A stretch of 64,000 nt of DNA, from assembly GCF_054482525.1 (NCBI RefSeq), contig NZ_CM137006.1, one strand, 5' to 3'. A program made the position numbers and the translations under genes. The notes below the pieces were generated by a model. That model did not search any database. It was not told the origin of the DNA and saw nothing but the letters and a program-made list of their open reading frames with translations. Within the stretch, counting starts at the first letter, position 1. Each line of letters opens with the position of its first letter. Positions 45,590 through 56,045 of this stretch are shown here, piece by piece.

Positions 45590-46477
45590 ATGTCATCATC
45601 CCGTCCGGTGTTCCGCTCGCGCTGGCTGCCCTATTTGCTGGTCGCGCCGCAGCTCATCATCACCGTTATCTTTTTTATCTGGCCTGCGGGCGAAGCGTTG
45701 TGGTACTCGCTGCAAAGCGTCGATCCGTTTGGTTTCTCCAGCCAGTTTGTCGGCCTGGATAACTTCGTCACGCTGTTTCATGACAGCTACTATCTCGACT
45801 CCTTCTGGACGACGATAAAATTCAGCACCTTTGTCACCGTCAGTGGTTTGCTGGTGTCGCTGTTCTTTGCGGCGCTGGTGGAGTACATCGTGCGCGGCAG
45901 CCGTTTCTATCAAACCTTGATGCTGCTGCCGTATGCCGTGGCTCCCGCCGTTGCCGCCGTATTGTGGATCTTCCTGTTTAACCCTGGTCGCGGGCTGATC
46001 ACCCATTTTCTCGCTGAGTTCGGCTACGACTGGAACCACGCGCAAAACAGCGGTCAGGCGATGTTTCTGGTGGTGTTTGCCTCGGTGTGGAAGCAAATCA
46101 GCTACAACTTCCTGTTCTTCTATGCCGCGCTGCAATCCATTCCCCGTTCGTTGATCGAAGCCGCAGCCATCGACGGTGCAGGCCCGATTCGCCGCTTCTT
46201 TAAGATTGCGCTGCCGCTTATCGCTCCGGTGAGTTTCTTCCTGCTGGTGGTGAACCTGGTATACGCCTTCTTCGACACCTTCCCGGTGATCGACGCCGCC
46301 ACGTCCGGCGGGCCGGTTCAGGCCACCACGACGCTGATTTATAAGATTTACCGCGAAGGCTTTACCGGACTGGATCTGGCTTCGTCTGCCGCGCAGTCGG
46401 TGGTGTTGATGTTCCTCGTCATCGTGCTGACGGTGGTGCAGTTCCGCTATGTTGAAAGCAAGGTGCGTTACCAATGA
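45590..46477 (+). CDS. ugpA: Glycerol-3-phosphate ABC permease UgpA
   Basis: 295 aa hydrophobic permease ORF. Confidence 0.9.
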
Positions 46478-47319
46478 TTGAGAACCGTCCGTGGCTGACA
46501 ATATTCAGCCATACCATGTTGATCCTCGGGATCGCGGTGATCCTCTTCCCGCTGTACGTGGCGTTTGTCGCGGCGACGCTGGATAAACAGGCCGTCTATG
46601 CCGCGCCGATGACGCTCATCCCCGGCACACATCTGCTGGAAAATATCCACAACATCTGGGTGAACGGGGTAGGCACGAATAGTGCGCCTTTCTGGCGGAT
46701 GTTGCTTAACAGCTTTGTGATGGCGTTCAGCATTACGCTCGGCAAAATTACCGTCTCGATGCTCTCGGCATTTGCCATTGTCTGGTTTCGTTTTCCGCTG
46801 CGTAACCTCTTCTTCTGGATGATTTTTATCACTCTGATGTTGCCGGTTGAAGTGCGTATTTTCCCGACGGTGGAAGTCATCGCCAATCTGAAGATGCTCG
46901 ACAGCTACGCCGGCTTAACGCTGCCGCTGATGGCCTCGGCGACCGCCACCTTCCTGTTCCGCCAGTTCTTTATGACGCTGCCGGATGAGCTGGTGGAAGC
47001 TGCGCGGATCGACGGCGCGTCACCAATGCGTTTCTTTTGCGACATCGTTTTTCCGCTGTCCAAAACCAATCTGGCGGCGCTGTTTGTGATCACCTTTATC
47101 TACGGCTGGAACCAGTATTTGTGGCCGTTGTTGATTATTACCGATGTGGATCTCGGCACCACCGTAGCAGGGATTAAAGGGATGATCGCCACAGGCGAAG
47201 GCACCACGGAATGGAACTCGGTGATGGCGGCGATGTTGTTAACCCTGATCCCACCAGTAGTGATTGTTTTAGTGATGCAGCGTGCCTTCGTGCGCGGCCT
47301 GGTCGATAGTGAGAAATAA
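46474..47319 (+). CDS. ugpE: Glycerol-3-phosphate ABC permease UgpE
   Basis: 281 aa hydrophobic permease ORF; 4 nt overlap with ugpA. Confidence 0.9.
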
Positions 47320-47320
47320 G

Positions 47321-48391
47321 ATGGCAGGACTGAAATTACAGGCAGTAACCAAAAGCTGGGATGGCAAAACCCAGGTCATTAAACCGCTGACCCTTGATGT
47401 GGCGGATGGCGAATTTATCGTGATGGTCGGGCCGTCTGGCTGCGGGAAATCGACGTTATTGCGAATGGTGGCCGGACTGGAGCGGGTAACGACGGGCGAT
47501 ATCTGGATCGACCGCAAGCGTGTCACCGAAATGGAGCCGAAAGATCGCGGGATTGCGATGGTGTTTCAGAACTACGCGCTTTATCCGCATATGAGCGTCG
47601 AAGAAAACATGGCGTGGGGGCTGAAAATTCGCGGCATGGGCAAGCAGCAAATTGCCGAGCGCGTTAAAGAAGCGGCGCGCATTCTGGAGCTGGACGGCCT
47701 GCTTAAGCGCCGCCCGCGTGAGCTATCTGGCGGTCAGCGTCAGCGTGTGGCGATGGGGCGTGCGATTGTGCGTGAGCCGGCAGTGTTCCTGTTTGATGAG
47801 CCGCTCTCTAACCTCGATGCCAAGCTGCGCGTACAGATGCGTCTTGAACTGCAACAGCTGCACCGTCGCCTGAAAACGACTTCACTCTACGTTACTCACG
47901 ATCAGGTTGAGGCGATGACGCTCGCCCAGCGAGTAATGGTGATGAACGGCGGCGTTGCCGAACAGATTGGCACGCCAGTTGAAGTCTACGAAAAGCCCGC
48001 CAGCCTGTTTGTGGCGAGTTTTATTGGCAGTCCGGCGATGAATCTGCTGACAGGCCGCGTGAATAATGAAGGCACGCATTTTGAACTGGACGGCGGTATC
48101 GTGCTACCGCTAAACGGTGGCTACCGTCAGTATGCCGGGCGTAAAATGACTCTCGGCATTCGCCCGGAACATATTGCGCTAAGCTCGCAGGCAGAAGGCG
48201 GCGTACCGCTGGTGATGGACACGCTGGAGATCCTCGGCGCTGATAATCTGGCGCACGGACGCTGGGGCGAACAGAAGCTGGTGGTGCGACTGGCGCATCA
48301 GGAGCGCCCGACGGCAGGCAGCACGCTGTGGCTGCATCTGCCGGAAAATCAGCTGCATCTTTTTGATGGTGAAACAGGACAACGAGTATGA
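47321..48391 (+). CDS. ugpC: Glycerol-3-phosphate ABC ATPase UgpC
   Basis: ORF track 47282..48391; likely start [21 protein letters not shown] at 47321 (356 aa); Walker [10 protein letters not shown]. Confidence 0.9.
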   Translation: MAGLKLQAVTKSWDGKTQVIKPLTLDVADGEFIVMVGPSGCGKSTLLRMVAGLERVTTGDIWIDRKRVTEMEPKDRGIAMVFQNYALYPHMSVEENMAWGLKIRGMGKQQIAERVKEAARILELDGLLKRRPRELSGGQRQRVAMGRAIVREPAVFLFDEPLSNLDAKLRVQMRLELQQLHRRLKTTSLYVTHDQVEAMTLAQRVMVMNGGVAEQIGTPVEVYEKPASLFVASFIGSPAMNLLTGRVNNEGTHFELDGGIVLPLNGGYRQYAGRKMTLGIRPEHIALSSQAEGGVPLVMDTLEILGADNLAHGRWGEQKLVVRLAHQERPTAGSTLWLHLPENQLHLFDGETGQRV

Positions 48392-49131
48392 GTAACTGGC
48401 CTTATCCCCGCATCGTCGCCCATCGTGGCGGCGGTAAACTGGCCCCGGAAAACACCCTGGCGGCAATCGACGTGGGGGCAAAATACGGTCATAAGATGAT
48501 CGAATTTGACGCGAAGTTATCGAAAGATGGCGAGATCTTCCTGCTCCATGACGACAATCTCGAACGTACCAGCAACGGCTGGGGCGTCGCGGGTGAACTG
48601 AACTGGCAGGATTTACTGCGCGTGGATGCGGGCAGTTGGTACAGCAAAGCGTTTAAAGGTGAGCCGCTGCCGTTGCTTTCGCAGGTGGCGGAACGCTGTC
48701 GTGAACACGGGATGATGGCGAATATCGAAATCAAGCCCACCACTGGCACCGGGCCATTAACGGGCAAAATGGTGGCGCTGGCGGCACGCGAACTGTGGGC
48801 CGATATGACGCCGCCGCTGCTGTCATCGTTTGAGATTGATGCTTTAGAAGCTGCACAACAGGCTGCACCGGAACTGCCGCGCGGTTTGTTGTTGGATGAG
48901 TGGCGCGACGACTGGCGAGAACTGACCGCGCGACTGGGCTGCGTCTCTATTCATCTCAATCATAAGTTGCTTGATAAAGCGCGAGTGATGCAGTTGAAAG
49001 ACGCCGGATTACGGATTCTGGTTTATACCGTCAATAAACCCCAGCGCGCGGCAGAGTTGCTGCGCTGGGGCGTGGATTGCATCTGCACCGATGCGATTGA
49101 CGTGATTGGTCCGAACTTTACGGCCCAATAG
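48388..49131 (+). CDS. ugpQ: Glycerophosphodiester phosphodiesterase UgpQ
   Basis: 247 aa ORF with the GDPD-family N-terminus (IVAHRGGG...ENTLAA). Confidence 0.9.
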
Positions 49132-49558
49132 TTTTCAACGGAATGTCAGGCTGCGGCGTGCTGGGCTGATTCAGCATGTCGCCGTTTCTCCTCTCCGGCA
49201 GCATATGCTGCTGATTCAACGAACTATCCGGATTACGGTTGCTGTTTAACATCCCGCCGTTGGTGTTGGGCAGCATTTGCTGCCGGGCGGGATTTCGCTC
49301 CCCCGGCTGCGACTGCAACACCCGCTGGGAGTTGTTGTTTATCTGGTTTTCTAAATGCTGCTGTTGCAGCTGCGTTTGCGTTTTCAGTTGCTGGTTCAGC
49401 ATCCCTTTTTGCTGGATTTGCTGCGTCTGCATTTGAGTCTGCATCCGCTGCTGGCTGGGGATCTGATATCCCGGCTGGTTGGGGTTGTTCAGAGTATTAA
49501 TGGGCTGTGCAAAGCCGACAAACGGCAGGAGTGCCGTAAGAATCAGAAGTCGTTTCAT
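49118..49558 (-). CDS. yhhA: Gln-rich secreted protein YhhA (DUF2756)
   Basis: 146 aa ORF with signal peptide [19 protein letters not shown] and a long Q/N-rich low-complexity region; convergent with ugpQ, 14 nt 3' overlap. Confidence 0.8.
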
Positions 49559-49677
49559 CGCGTATCCTCCTCTGAAGATATCCTTTAAGTTTACTCGCTT
49601 CCCGGCAAAACGATGATTAATTCAGAGTTATATACCAGGCTTAGCTGGGGTTGCCCCTTAATCTCTGGAGAATAACG

Positions 49678-51420
49678 ATGATAAAACCGACGTTTTTACG
49701 CCGGGTGGCCATTGCTGCTCTGCTCTCAGGAAGTTGTTTTAGCGCCGCCGCCGCGCCTCCTCCGCCACCTGTTTCTTATGGCGTGGAGGAAGATGTCTTC
49801 CATCCGGTACGCGCGAAACAGGGGATGGTGGCGTCTGTAGATGCTACTGCCACTCAGGTGGGGGTGGATATCCTCAAGGAGGGCGGGAATGCCGTTGATG
49901 CCGCCGTGGCTGTGGGCTACGCGCTGGCGGTAACGCATCCGCAGGCAGGGAATCTGGGCGGTGGTGGTTTTATGCTGATCCGCTCGAAAAATGGCAATAC
50001 CACCGCTATCGATTTCCGCGAAATGGCACCCGCCAAAGCGACCCGCGATATGTTCCTCGATGACCAGGGCAACCCGGACAGCAAAAAATCACTCACTTCG
50101 CATCTGGCCTCCGGTACGCCAGGTACGGTCGCAGGTTTCTCGCAGGCGCTGGAGAAGTACGGCACCATGCCGTTAAATAAAGTGGTGCAGCCGGCGTTTA
50201 AACTGGCACGCGATGGTTTTATCGTTAATGACGCGCTGGCTGACGATCTCAAAACCTACGGTAGCGAAGTGTTGCCGAATCACGAAAACAGCAAGGCTAT
50301 CTTCTGGAAAGAGGGCGCGCCGCTGAAAAAGGGCGACAAGCTGGTGCAGGCGAACCTGGCAAAGAGCCTGGAGATGATTGCCGAAAACGGCCCGGACGAA
50401 TTCTACAAAGGCACAATAGCGGAGCAGATCGCTCAGGAGATGCAGAAAAACGGTGGCTTGATCACTAAAGAAGATTTAGCGGCGTATAAAGCGGTCGAAC
50501 GTACACCGATTAGCGGCGAATATCGCGGGTATCAGGTTTACTCGATGCCACCGCCATCTTCCGGTGGGATTCATATCGTGCAGATCCTCAATATCCTGGA
50601 AAACTTCGATATGCAGAAATACGGCTTTGGCAGCGCCGATGCGATGCAAATCATGGCAGAAGCGGAGAAATACGCCTACGCCGACCGCTCGGAATATCTT
50701 GGCGATCCGGATTTTGTGAAAGTCCCGTGGCAGGCGCTGACCAATAAAGCCTATGCCAAATCTATTGCCGATCAAATCGATATCAATAAAGCGAAGCCAT
50801 CCAGCGAAATTCGCCCCGGCAAGCTTGCGCCTTATGAGAGTAATCAAACTACCCATTACTCAGTGGTGGATAAAGACGGCAACGCGGTAGCGGTGACCTA
50901 TACGCTGAACACCACCTTCGGTACGGGCATTGTCGCGGGTGATAGCGGTATTCTGCTTAATAACCAAATGGATGATTTCTCCGCCAAACCTGGCGTACCG
51001 AACGTTTACGGGCTGGTGGGCGGTGACGCCAACGCGGTCGGGCCGAATAAACGCCCGCTGTCGTCGATGTCCCCAACCATTGTGGTGAAAGACGGTAAAA
51101 CCTGGCTGGTTACCGGTAGCCCTGGCGGGAGCCGGATTATCACCACCGTGCTGCAAATGGTAGTGAATAGTATCGATTATGGCATGAACGTCGCCGAAGC
51201 GACCAATGCGCCGCGTTTCCACCATCAGTGGTTGCCGGACGAGCTGCGTGTCGAAAAAGGGTTTAGCCCGGATACGATCAAGCTGCTGGAAGCAAAAGGT
51301 CAGAAAGTGGCGCTGAAAGAGGCGATGGGCAGTACACAAAGCATTATGGTTGGGCCTGACGGTGAGCTGTACGGTGCATCTGACCCGCGCTCGGTAGATG
51401 ATTTAACGGCGGGGTATTAA
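49678..51420 (+). CDS. ggt: Gamma-glutamyltranspeptidase
   Basis: ORF track 49651..51420; likely start MIKPTFLRRVAIAALLSGSCFSAAAA at 49678 (580 aa); catalytic Thr region present (...NQTTHYSVVDKDGNAVAVTYTLNTTFGTG...). Confidence 0.9.
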   Translation: MIKPTFLRRVAIAALLSGSCFSAAAAPPPPPVSYGVEEDVFHPVRAKQGMVASVDATATQVGVDILKEGGNAVDAAVAVGYALAVTHPQAGNLGGGGFMLIRSKNGNTTAIDFREMAPAKATRDMFLDDQGNPDSKKSLTSHLASGTPGTVAGFSQALEKYGTMPLNKVVQPAFKLARDGFIVNDALADDLKTYGSEVLPNHENSKAIFWKEGAPLKKGDKLVQANLAKSLEMIAENGPDEFYKGTIAEQIAQEMQKNGGLITKEDLAAYKAVERTPISGEYRGYQVYSMPPPSSGGIHIVQILNILENFDMQKYGFGSADAMQIMAEAEKYAYADRSEYLGDPDFVKVPWQALTNKAYAKSIADQIDINKAKPSSEIRPGKLAPYESNQTTHYSVVDKDGNAVAVTYTLNTTFGTGIVAGDSGILLNNQMDDFSAKPGVPNVYGLVGGDANAVGPNKRPLSSMSPTIVVKDGKTWLVTGSPGGSRIITTVLQMVVNSIDYGMNVAEATNAPRFHHQWLPDELRVEKGFSPDTIKLLEAKGQKVALKEAMGSTQSIMVGPDGELYGASDPRSVDDLTAGY

Positions 51421-51424
51421 TATC

Positions 51425-51455
51425 TTAAGCCCTCTCCCGATAGGCGAGGGCTTAA
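51425..51455. terminator. Putative bidirectional terminator hairpin between convergent ggt and yhhY
   Basis: ttaagccctctcc-cgatag-gcgagggcttaa inverted repeat in the 60 bp gap. Confidence 0.5.
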
Positions 51456-51480
51456 ATGACAAACTTAGATTGCAAATTCT

Positions 51481-51969
51481 CTATTTCACCCGCGCCATAT
51501 AATACGCATCGACATATTCACCATTACGTAATGCGTACTTCTTGCCAGTCCCTTCAATCTCAAATCCAAATTTTTTATAGACCTTAATTGCTGGCGCGTT
51601 ATCGACGAACACCGTTAGCTCAATACGATCTACCCGCAACCAGTTGTCGCACATTTCAATCATCTCTCGCATCAGGGCGCTGGCGACGCCGCGATTCTTC
51701 CAACGGGAGTCGACACAAATACCAAAATCGGCAACATGACTGCGGCGTGGGCGCTGTTGCACGTCAATGGTGAGGTGACCCACGACGGTTCCATCAATAC
51801 AGGCAACTAACTGTTTGATGCCGGGACGATCGGCGAGTCGCTCCTGCCACATATGATCGGAAGGATGAGGCACCTGTAGTGTGTTGCAATACACCTCCGG
51901 CTGGGCGTGAATCTGCCTGATGGCCTCGTAATCGCGCGTTTCAGCATGGCGTATCACTATCTCACTCAT
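51481..51969 (-). CDS. yhhY: GNAT-family N-acetyltransferase YhhY
   Basis: ORF track 51481..52047; likely start MSEIVIRHAETRDYEAIRQ at 51969 (162 aa); acetyl-CoA binding motif RWKNRGVASAL. Confidence 0.8.
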   Translation of the reverse strand: MSEIVIRHAETRDYEAIRQIHAQPEVYCNTLQVPHPSDHMWQERLADRPGIKQLVACIDGTVVGHLTIDVQQRPRRSHVADFGICVDSRWKNRGVASALMREMIEMCDNWLRVDRIELTVFVDNAPAIKVYKKFGFEIEGTGKKYALRNGEYVDAYYMARVK

Positions 51970-52065
51970 TCCTTTGTCCTCTTTGGGGTAAATGTCCCTT
52001 TCAACATCATTGACTTTCCAATGCGAGTCAAATGCATTTTTTTGCAAAAAGTGTTGGACAAGTGC

Positions 52066-52088
52066 GAATGAGAATGATTATTATTGTC
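52066..52088 (+). promoter_or_regulatory. Fur-box-like operator in the ryhB promoter
   Basis: AT-rich tgagaatgattattattgtc immediately upstream of the ryhB +1 resembles the Fur consensus (GATAATGATAATCATTATC). Confidence 0.55.
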
Positions 52089-52090
52089 TC

Positions 52091-52180
52091 GCGATCAGGA
52101 AGACCCTCGCGGAGAACCTGAAAGCACGACATTGCTCACATTGCTTCCAGTATTACTTAGCCAGCCGGGTGCTGGCTTTT
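52091..52180 (+). ncRNA. ryhB: Iron-responsive small regulatory RNA RyhB
   Basis: The 90 nt sequence gcgatcaggaagaccctcgcggagaacctgaaagcacgacattgctcacattgcttccagtattacttagccagccgggtgctggctttt matches RyhB as I remember it, ending in a terminator hairpin (gccagccgggtgctggc) plus U-run; lies between yhhY and yhhX. Confidence 0.9.
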
Positions 52181-52301
52181 TTTTGATCTTTCGTTTTCAA
52201 TTTATCCACGGGAAGTGCTTGTGTTCGTTATGCGCACTCCAGTAGGAACCACGTCCGCTTTGCGCTAAGGTGTAAATAATCACCTTAAAAAGGACGAAAT
52301 C

Positions 52302-53339
52302 ATGGTCATCAACTGCGCCTTTATTGGCTTCGGCAAAAGCACCACCCGTTACCATCTGCCGTATGTACTTAACCGCAAGGATAGCTGGCATGTCGCGCAT
52401 ATTTTTCGCCGCCATGCGAAGCCGGAAGAACAGGCCCCCATTTACTCTCATATCCATTTCACCAGCGATCTCGACGAAGTACTAAACGATCCCGATGTTA
52501 AGCTGGTTGTGGTCTGCACCCATGCAGACAGCCACTTCGAGTACGCGAAGCGCGCGCTGGAAGCCGGGAAAAATGTGCTGGTCGAAAAACCGTTCACCCC
52601 GACGCTTGCGCAGGCGAAAGAGCTGTTTGCTCTGGCGAAAAGTAAAGGGCTGACCGTCACGCCATATCAGAATCGTCGCTTTGATTCCTGCTTCCTGACG
52701 GCGAAAAAAGCGATTGAAAGCGGCAAGCTGGGAGAGATTGTCGAAGTGGAAAGCCATTTTGACTATTACCGCCCGGTGGCAGAAACCAAACCTGGGCTGC
52801 CGCAGGATGGCGCGTTCTATGGCCTTGGTGTGCATACGATGGACCAGATTATTTCTCTGTTCGGTCGCCCGGATCACGTCGCTTATGACATCCGCAGCCT
52901 GCGTAATAAAGCCAATCCTGACGACACCTTTGAAGCGCAGCTGTTTTATGGCGACCTGAAAGCCATCGTCAAAACCAGCCATCTGGTGAAAATCGATTAT
53001 CCGAAATTTATCGTTCACGGTAAGAAAGGTTCGTTTATTAAATACGGTATCGACCAGCAGGAAACCAGCCTCAAGGCTAATATTATGCCGGGCGAACCGG
53101 GATTCGCGGCGGATGATTCGGTCGGTGTGCTGGAGTATGTCAATGACGAGGGCGTGACGGTCAGAGAAGAGATAAAGCCGGAGATGGGCGATTACGGGCG
53201 CGTTTATGATGCGTTGTATCAAACCATCACTAACGGTGCGCCAAATTACGTCAAGGAATCTGAAGTTCTTACCAATCTGGAAATCCTTGAACGAGGATTT
53301 GAGCAAGCCTCTCCCTCCACAGTGACTCTCGCGAAGTAA
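52302..53339 (+). CDS. yhhX: Gfo/Idh/MocA-family NAD(P)-dependent oxidoreductase YhhX
   Basis: 345 aa ORF with N-terminal Rossmann motif CAFIGFGKSTTRYHLPYV. Confidence 0.85.
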   Translation: MVINCAFIGFGKSTTRYHLPYVLNRKDSWHVAHIFRRHAKPEEQAPIYSHIHFTSDLDEVLNDPDVKLVVVCTHADSHFEYAKRALEAGKNVLVEKPFTPTLAQAKELFALAKSKGLTVTPYQNRRFDSCFLTAKKAIESGKLGEIVEVESHFDYYRPVAETKPGLPQDGAFYGLGVHTMDQIISLFGRPDHVAYDIRSLRNKANPDDTFEAQLFYGDLKAIVKTSHLVKIDYPKFIVHGKKGSFIKYGIDQQETSLKANIMPGEPGFAADDSVGVLEYVNDEGVTVREEIKPEMGDYGRVYDALYQTITNGAPNYVKESEVLTNLEILERGFEQASPSTVTLAK

Positions 53340-53348
53340 GTTTGATGG

Positions 53349-53383
53349 CCCCTCGAATAGTTCAATTTTTTTGAACAGAGGGG
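53349..53383 (+). terminator. Putative rho-independent terminator after yhhX
   Basis: Inverted repeat cccctcgaatagttcaa-tttttt-tgaacagagggg 10 bp after the yhhX stop. Confidence 0.45.
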
Positions 53384-53461
53384 TCAATTTTCACCCTCTA
53401 TCATCCCAGGCAGATCGGGTCCACACTAAGCCCATCGAAATCATTCAGGGGGCGAATACAA

Positions 53462-54157
53462 ATGATCTACTTACGCAAAGCAAATGAACGTGGCCATGCA
53501 AATCATGGCTGGCTGGACTCCTGGCATACTTTCTCTTTTGCCAACTATTACGATCCGAACTTTATGGGCTTCTCCGCGCTGCGCGTGATTAACGACGACG
53601 TGATTGAAGCAGGGCAGGGCTTCGGCACTCACCCGCATAAAGATATGGAAATTTTGACCTACGTGCTGGAAGGTACTGTTGAGCATCAGGACAGCATGGG
53701 CAATAAAGAGCAGGTTCCGGCGGGTGAGTTCCAGATTATGAGTGCGGGTACGGGTATTCGTCACTCAGAGTACAACCCAAGCAGCACCGAGCGTCTGCAT
53801 CTGTATCAAATCTGGATCATGCCGGAAGAAAACGGTATTACGCCGCGTTATGAACAGTGTCGCTTCGATGCCGTACAGGGCAAACAGCTGGTGCTCTCGC
53901 CGGATGCGCGAGATGGTTCGCTGAAAGTGCATCAGGATATGGAACTGTATCGTTGGGCATTGCTGAAAGATGAGCAGTCGGTGCATCAGATTGCCGCTGA
54001 ACGCCGCGTCTGGATCCAGGTGGTGAAAGGCAATGTCACCATTAACGGCGTGAAAGCCTCGACCAGCGATGGTCTGGCAATCTGGGATGAGCAGGCAATC
54101 TCCATTCATGCGGATAGCGACAGCGAAGTGTTACTGTTCGATCTGCCGCCGGTTTAA
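53462..54157 (+). CDS. yhhW: Pirin-like cupin protein (quercetin 2,3-dioxygenase) YhhW
   Basis: 231 aa ORF with cupin metal-binding His motifs (GFGTHPHKDMEILTYVLEG). Confidence 0.85.
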   Translation: MIYLRKANERGHANHGWLDSWHTFSFANYYDPNFMGFSALRVINDDVIEAGQGFGTHPHKDMEILTYVLEGTVEHQDSMGNKEQVPAGEFQIMSAGTGIRHSEYNPSSTERLHLYQIWIMPEENGITPRYEQCRFDAVQGKQLVLSPDARDGSLKVHQDMELYRWALLKDEQSVHQIAAERRVWIQVVKGNVTINGVKASTSDGLAIWDEQAISIHADSDSEVLLFDLPPV

Positions 54158-54380
54158 AACTCAACGGCATCTTTGAAGCCTGCCTTTTTGCAGGCTTCCT
54201 CGCTCGCTCCGGTCGCGTGCTGATGTACGCTTCCGGGGTTTTGCCGCGTCGTTAGCACAATGCGATGCAATTGATTTAGTGTATATCTAATAATTGTAAA
54301 CAAGCACTGTTTTCCCCGGGAAGGTTCTGATGCGTCCGTGTTAAACTAAGAGAATCTATCTCTTTTGTACCTTCAGGACG

Positions 54381-55376
54381 ATGAAAAAGAAAAGACCCGT
54401 ACTTCAGGATGTGGCTGACCGTGTAGGCGTGACCAAAATGACGGTCAGCCGCTTTTTGCGTAACCCGGAGCAGGTTTCCGTCGCTCTACGCGGCAAGATT
54501 GCCGCCGCTCTTGATGAACTGGGTTATATTCCCAATCGCGCACCCGATATCCTCTCTAACGCCACCAGCCGGGCGATTGGCGTCCTGTTACCTTCTCTCA
54601 CCAACCAGGTTTTCGCGGAAGTATTACGCGGAATCGAAAGCGTCACCGACGCGCACGGTTATCAGACCATGCTGGCCCACTACGGTTATAAACCGGAAAT
54701 GGAGCAAGAACGCCTCGAATCAATGCTCTCATGGAATATCGACGGACTGATCCTCACCGAACGTACCCACACGCCGCGCACCTTAAAGATGATTGAAGTG
54801 GCGGGGATTCCGGTGGTGGAGTTGATGGACAGCAAGTCGCCGTGCCTCGATATTGCCGTCGGTTTTGATAACTTTGAAGCGGCACGCCAGATGACCACCG
54901 CCATTATTGCTCGCGGGCATCGCCACATTGCCTATCTCGGCGCACGTCTCGACGAACGTACTATCATCAAACAGAAGGGATACGAACAGGCGATGCTGGA
55001 TGCAGGCCTGGTGCCATATAGCGTGATGGTTGAGCAATCTTCTTCTTACTCTTCCGGTATTGAACTGATTCGCCAGGCGAGGCGGGAATATCCGCAGCTG
55101 GATGGCGTGTTCTGTACTAATGATGACCTGGCGGTCGGCGCGGCGTTTGAATGCCAGCGTCTGGGGTTAAAAGTTCCTGACGATATGGCGATTGCCGGTT
55201 TCCATGGTCATGACATTGGTCAGGTGATGGAACCACGGTTGGCGAGCGTACTGACGCCGCGTGAGCGGATGGGCAGTATTGGCGCTGAACGCCTGCTGGC
55301 GCGTATTCGTGGCGAATCTGTGACACCGAAAATGTTAGATTTAGGTTTCACCTTGTCACCGGGCGGATCTATTTAA
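54381..55376 (+). CDS. gntR: LacI-family gluconate repressor GntR
   Basis: 331 aa ORF with N-terminal HTH (VLQDVADRVGVTKMTVSRFL) and periplasmic-binding-like C-terminal domain. Confidence 0.9.
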   Translation: MKKKRPVLQDVADRVGVTKMTVSRFLRNPEQVSVALRGKIAAALDELGYIPNRAPDILSNATSRAIGVLLPSLTNQVFAEVLRGIESVTDAHGYQTMLAHYGYKPEMEQERLESMLSWNIDGLILTERTHTPRTLKMIEVAGIPVVELMDSKSPCLDIAVGFDNFEAARQMTTAIIARGHRHIAYLGARLDERTIIKQKGYEQAMLDAGLVPYSVMVEQSSSYSSGIELIRQARREYPQLDGVFCTNDDLAVGAAFECQRLGLKVPDDMAIAGFHGHDIGQVMEPRLASVLTPRERMGSIGAERLLARIRGESVTPKMLDLGFTLSPGGSI

Positions 55377-55455
55377 GCCCACAAATTTGAAGTAGCTCAC
55401 ACTTATACACTTAAGGCACGGATGGATATTGCTTCTGATATTGTCCGGCTGGACA

Positions 55456-55484
55456 ATGTTACCGATAACAGTTACCCGTAACAT
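55456..55484 (+). promoter_or_regulatory. GntR operator(s) in the gntK promoter
   Basis: aatgttaccgataacagttacccgtaacat contains two overlapping near-palindromes of the ATGTTACCnnTAACAT type, 30-60 bp upstream of gntK. Confidence 0.6.
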
Positions 55485-55513
55485 TTTTATTTCTTGTATT
55501 GTGGGGGCACCAC

Positions 55514-56042
55514 TTTGAGCACGACTAACCATGATCACCACATTTACGTTCTGATGGGCGTCTCAGGCAGCGGCAAATCTGCGGTCGCCAGTGAAGTGGC
55601 GCATCAACTTCATGCCGCGTTTCTTGATGGCGATTTCCTCCATCCGCGCTGCAATATCGAAAAAATGGCGTCTGGCGAACCGCTGAATGACGACGATCGC
55701 AAACCGTGGTTGCAGGCGCTGAACGACGCCGCGTTTGCTATGCAGCGCACTAATAAAGTGTCGCTGATTGTCTGTTCTGCACTGAAAAAACACTATCGCG
55801 ACCTGCTACGCGCGGGTAATCCGAATCTCTCGTTCATCTACCTGAAAGGCGATTTTGATGTGATTGAAAACCGCCTGAAAGCGCGCAAAGGCCATTTCTT
55901 TAAAACCCAAATGTTGGTGACGCAGTTTGAAACGCTGCAGGAGCCGGGTGCGGACGAAACCGATGTACTGGTGGTAGATATCGATCAACCGCTGGAAGGT
56001 GTTGTGGCAAGCACCATTGAGGTTATTAAAAAAGGCAAATAA
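55514..56042 (+). CDS. gntK: Gluconate kinase (thermoresistant) GntK
   Basis: ORF track 55494..56042; likely TTG start giving MSTTNHDHHIYVLMGVSGSGKSAV (175 aa); P-loop GVSGSGKS. Confidence 0.85.
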
Positions 56043-56045
56043 GTA

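Noticed and set aside
45596-46501. 301 aa minus-strand ORF
   Set aside because: Antisense to ugpA; Arg/His/Gln-rich translation typical of a shadow frame.
52482-53387. 301 aa minus-strand ORF
   Set aside because: Antisense to the well-supported yhhX oxidoreductase gene; no motifs.
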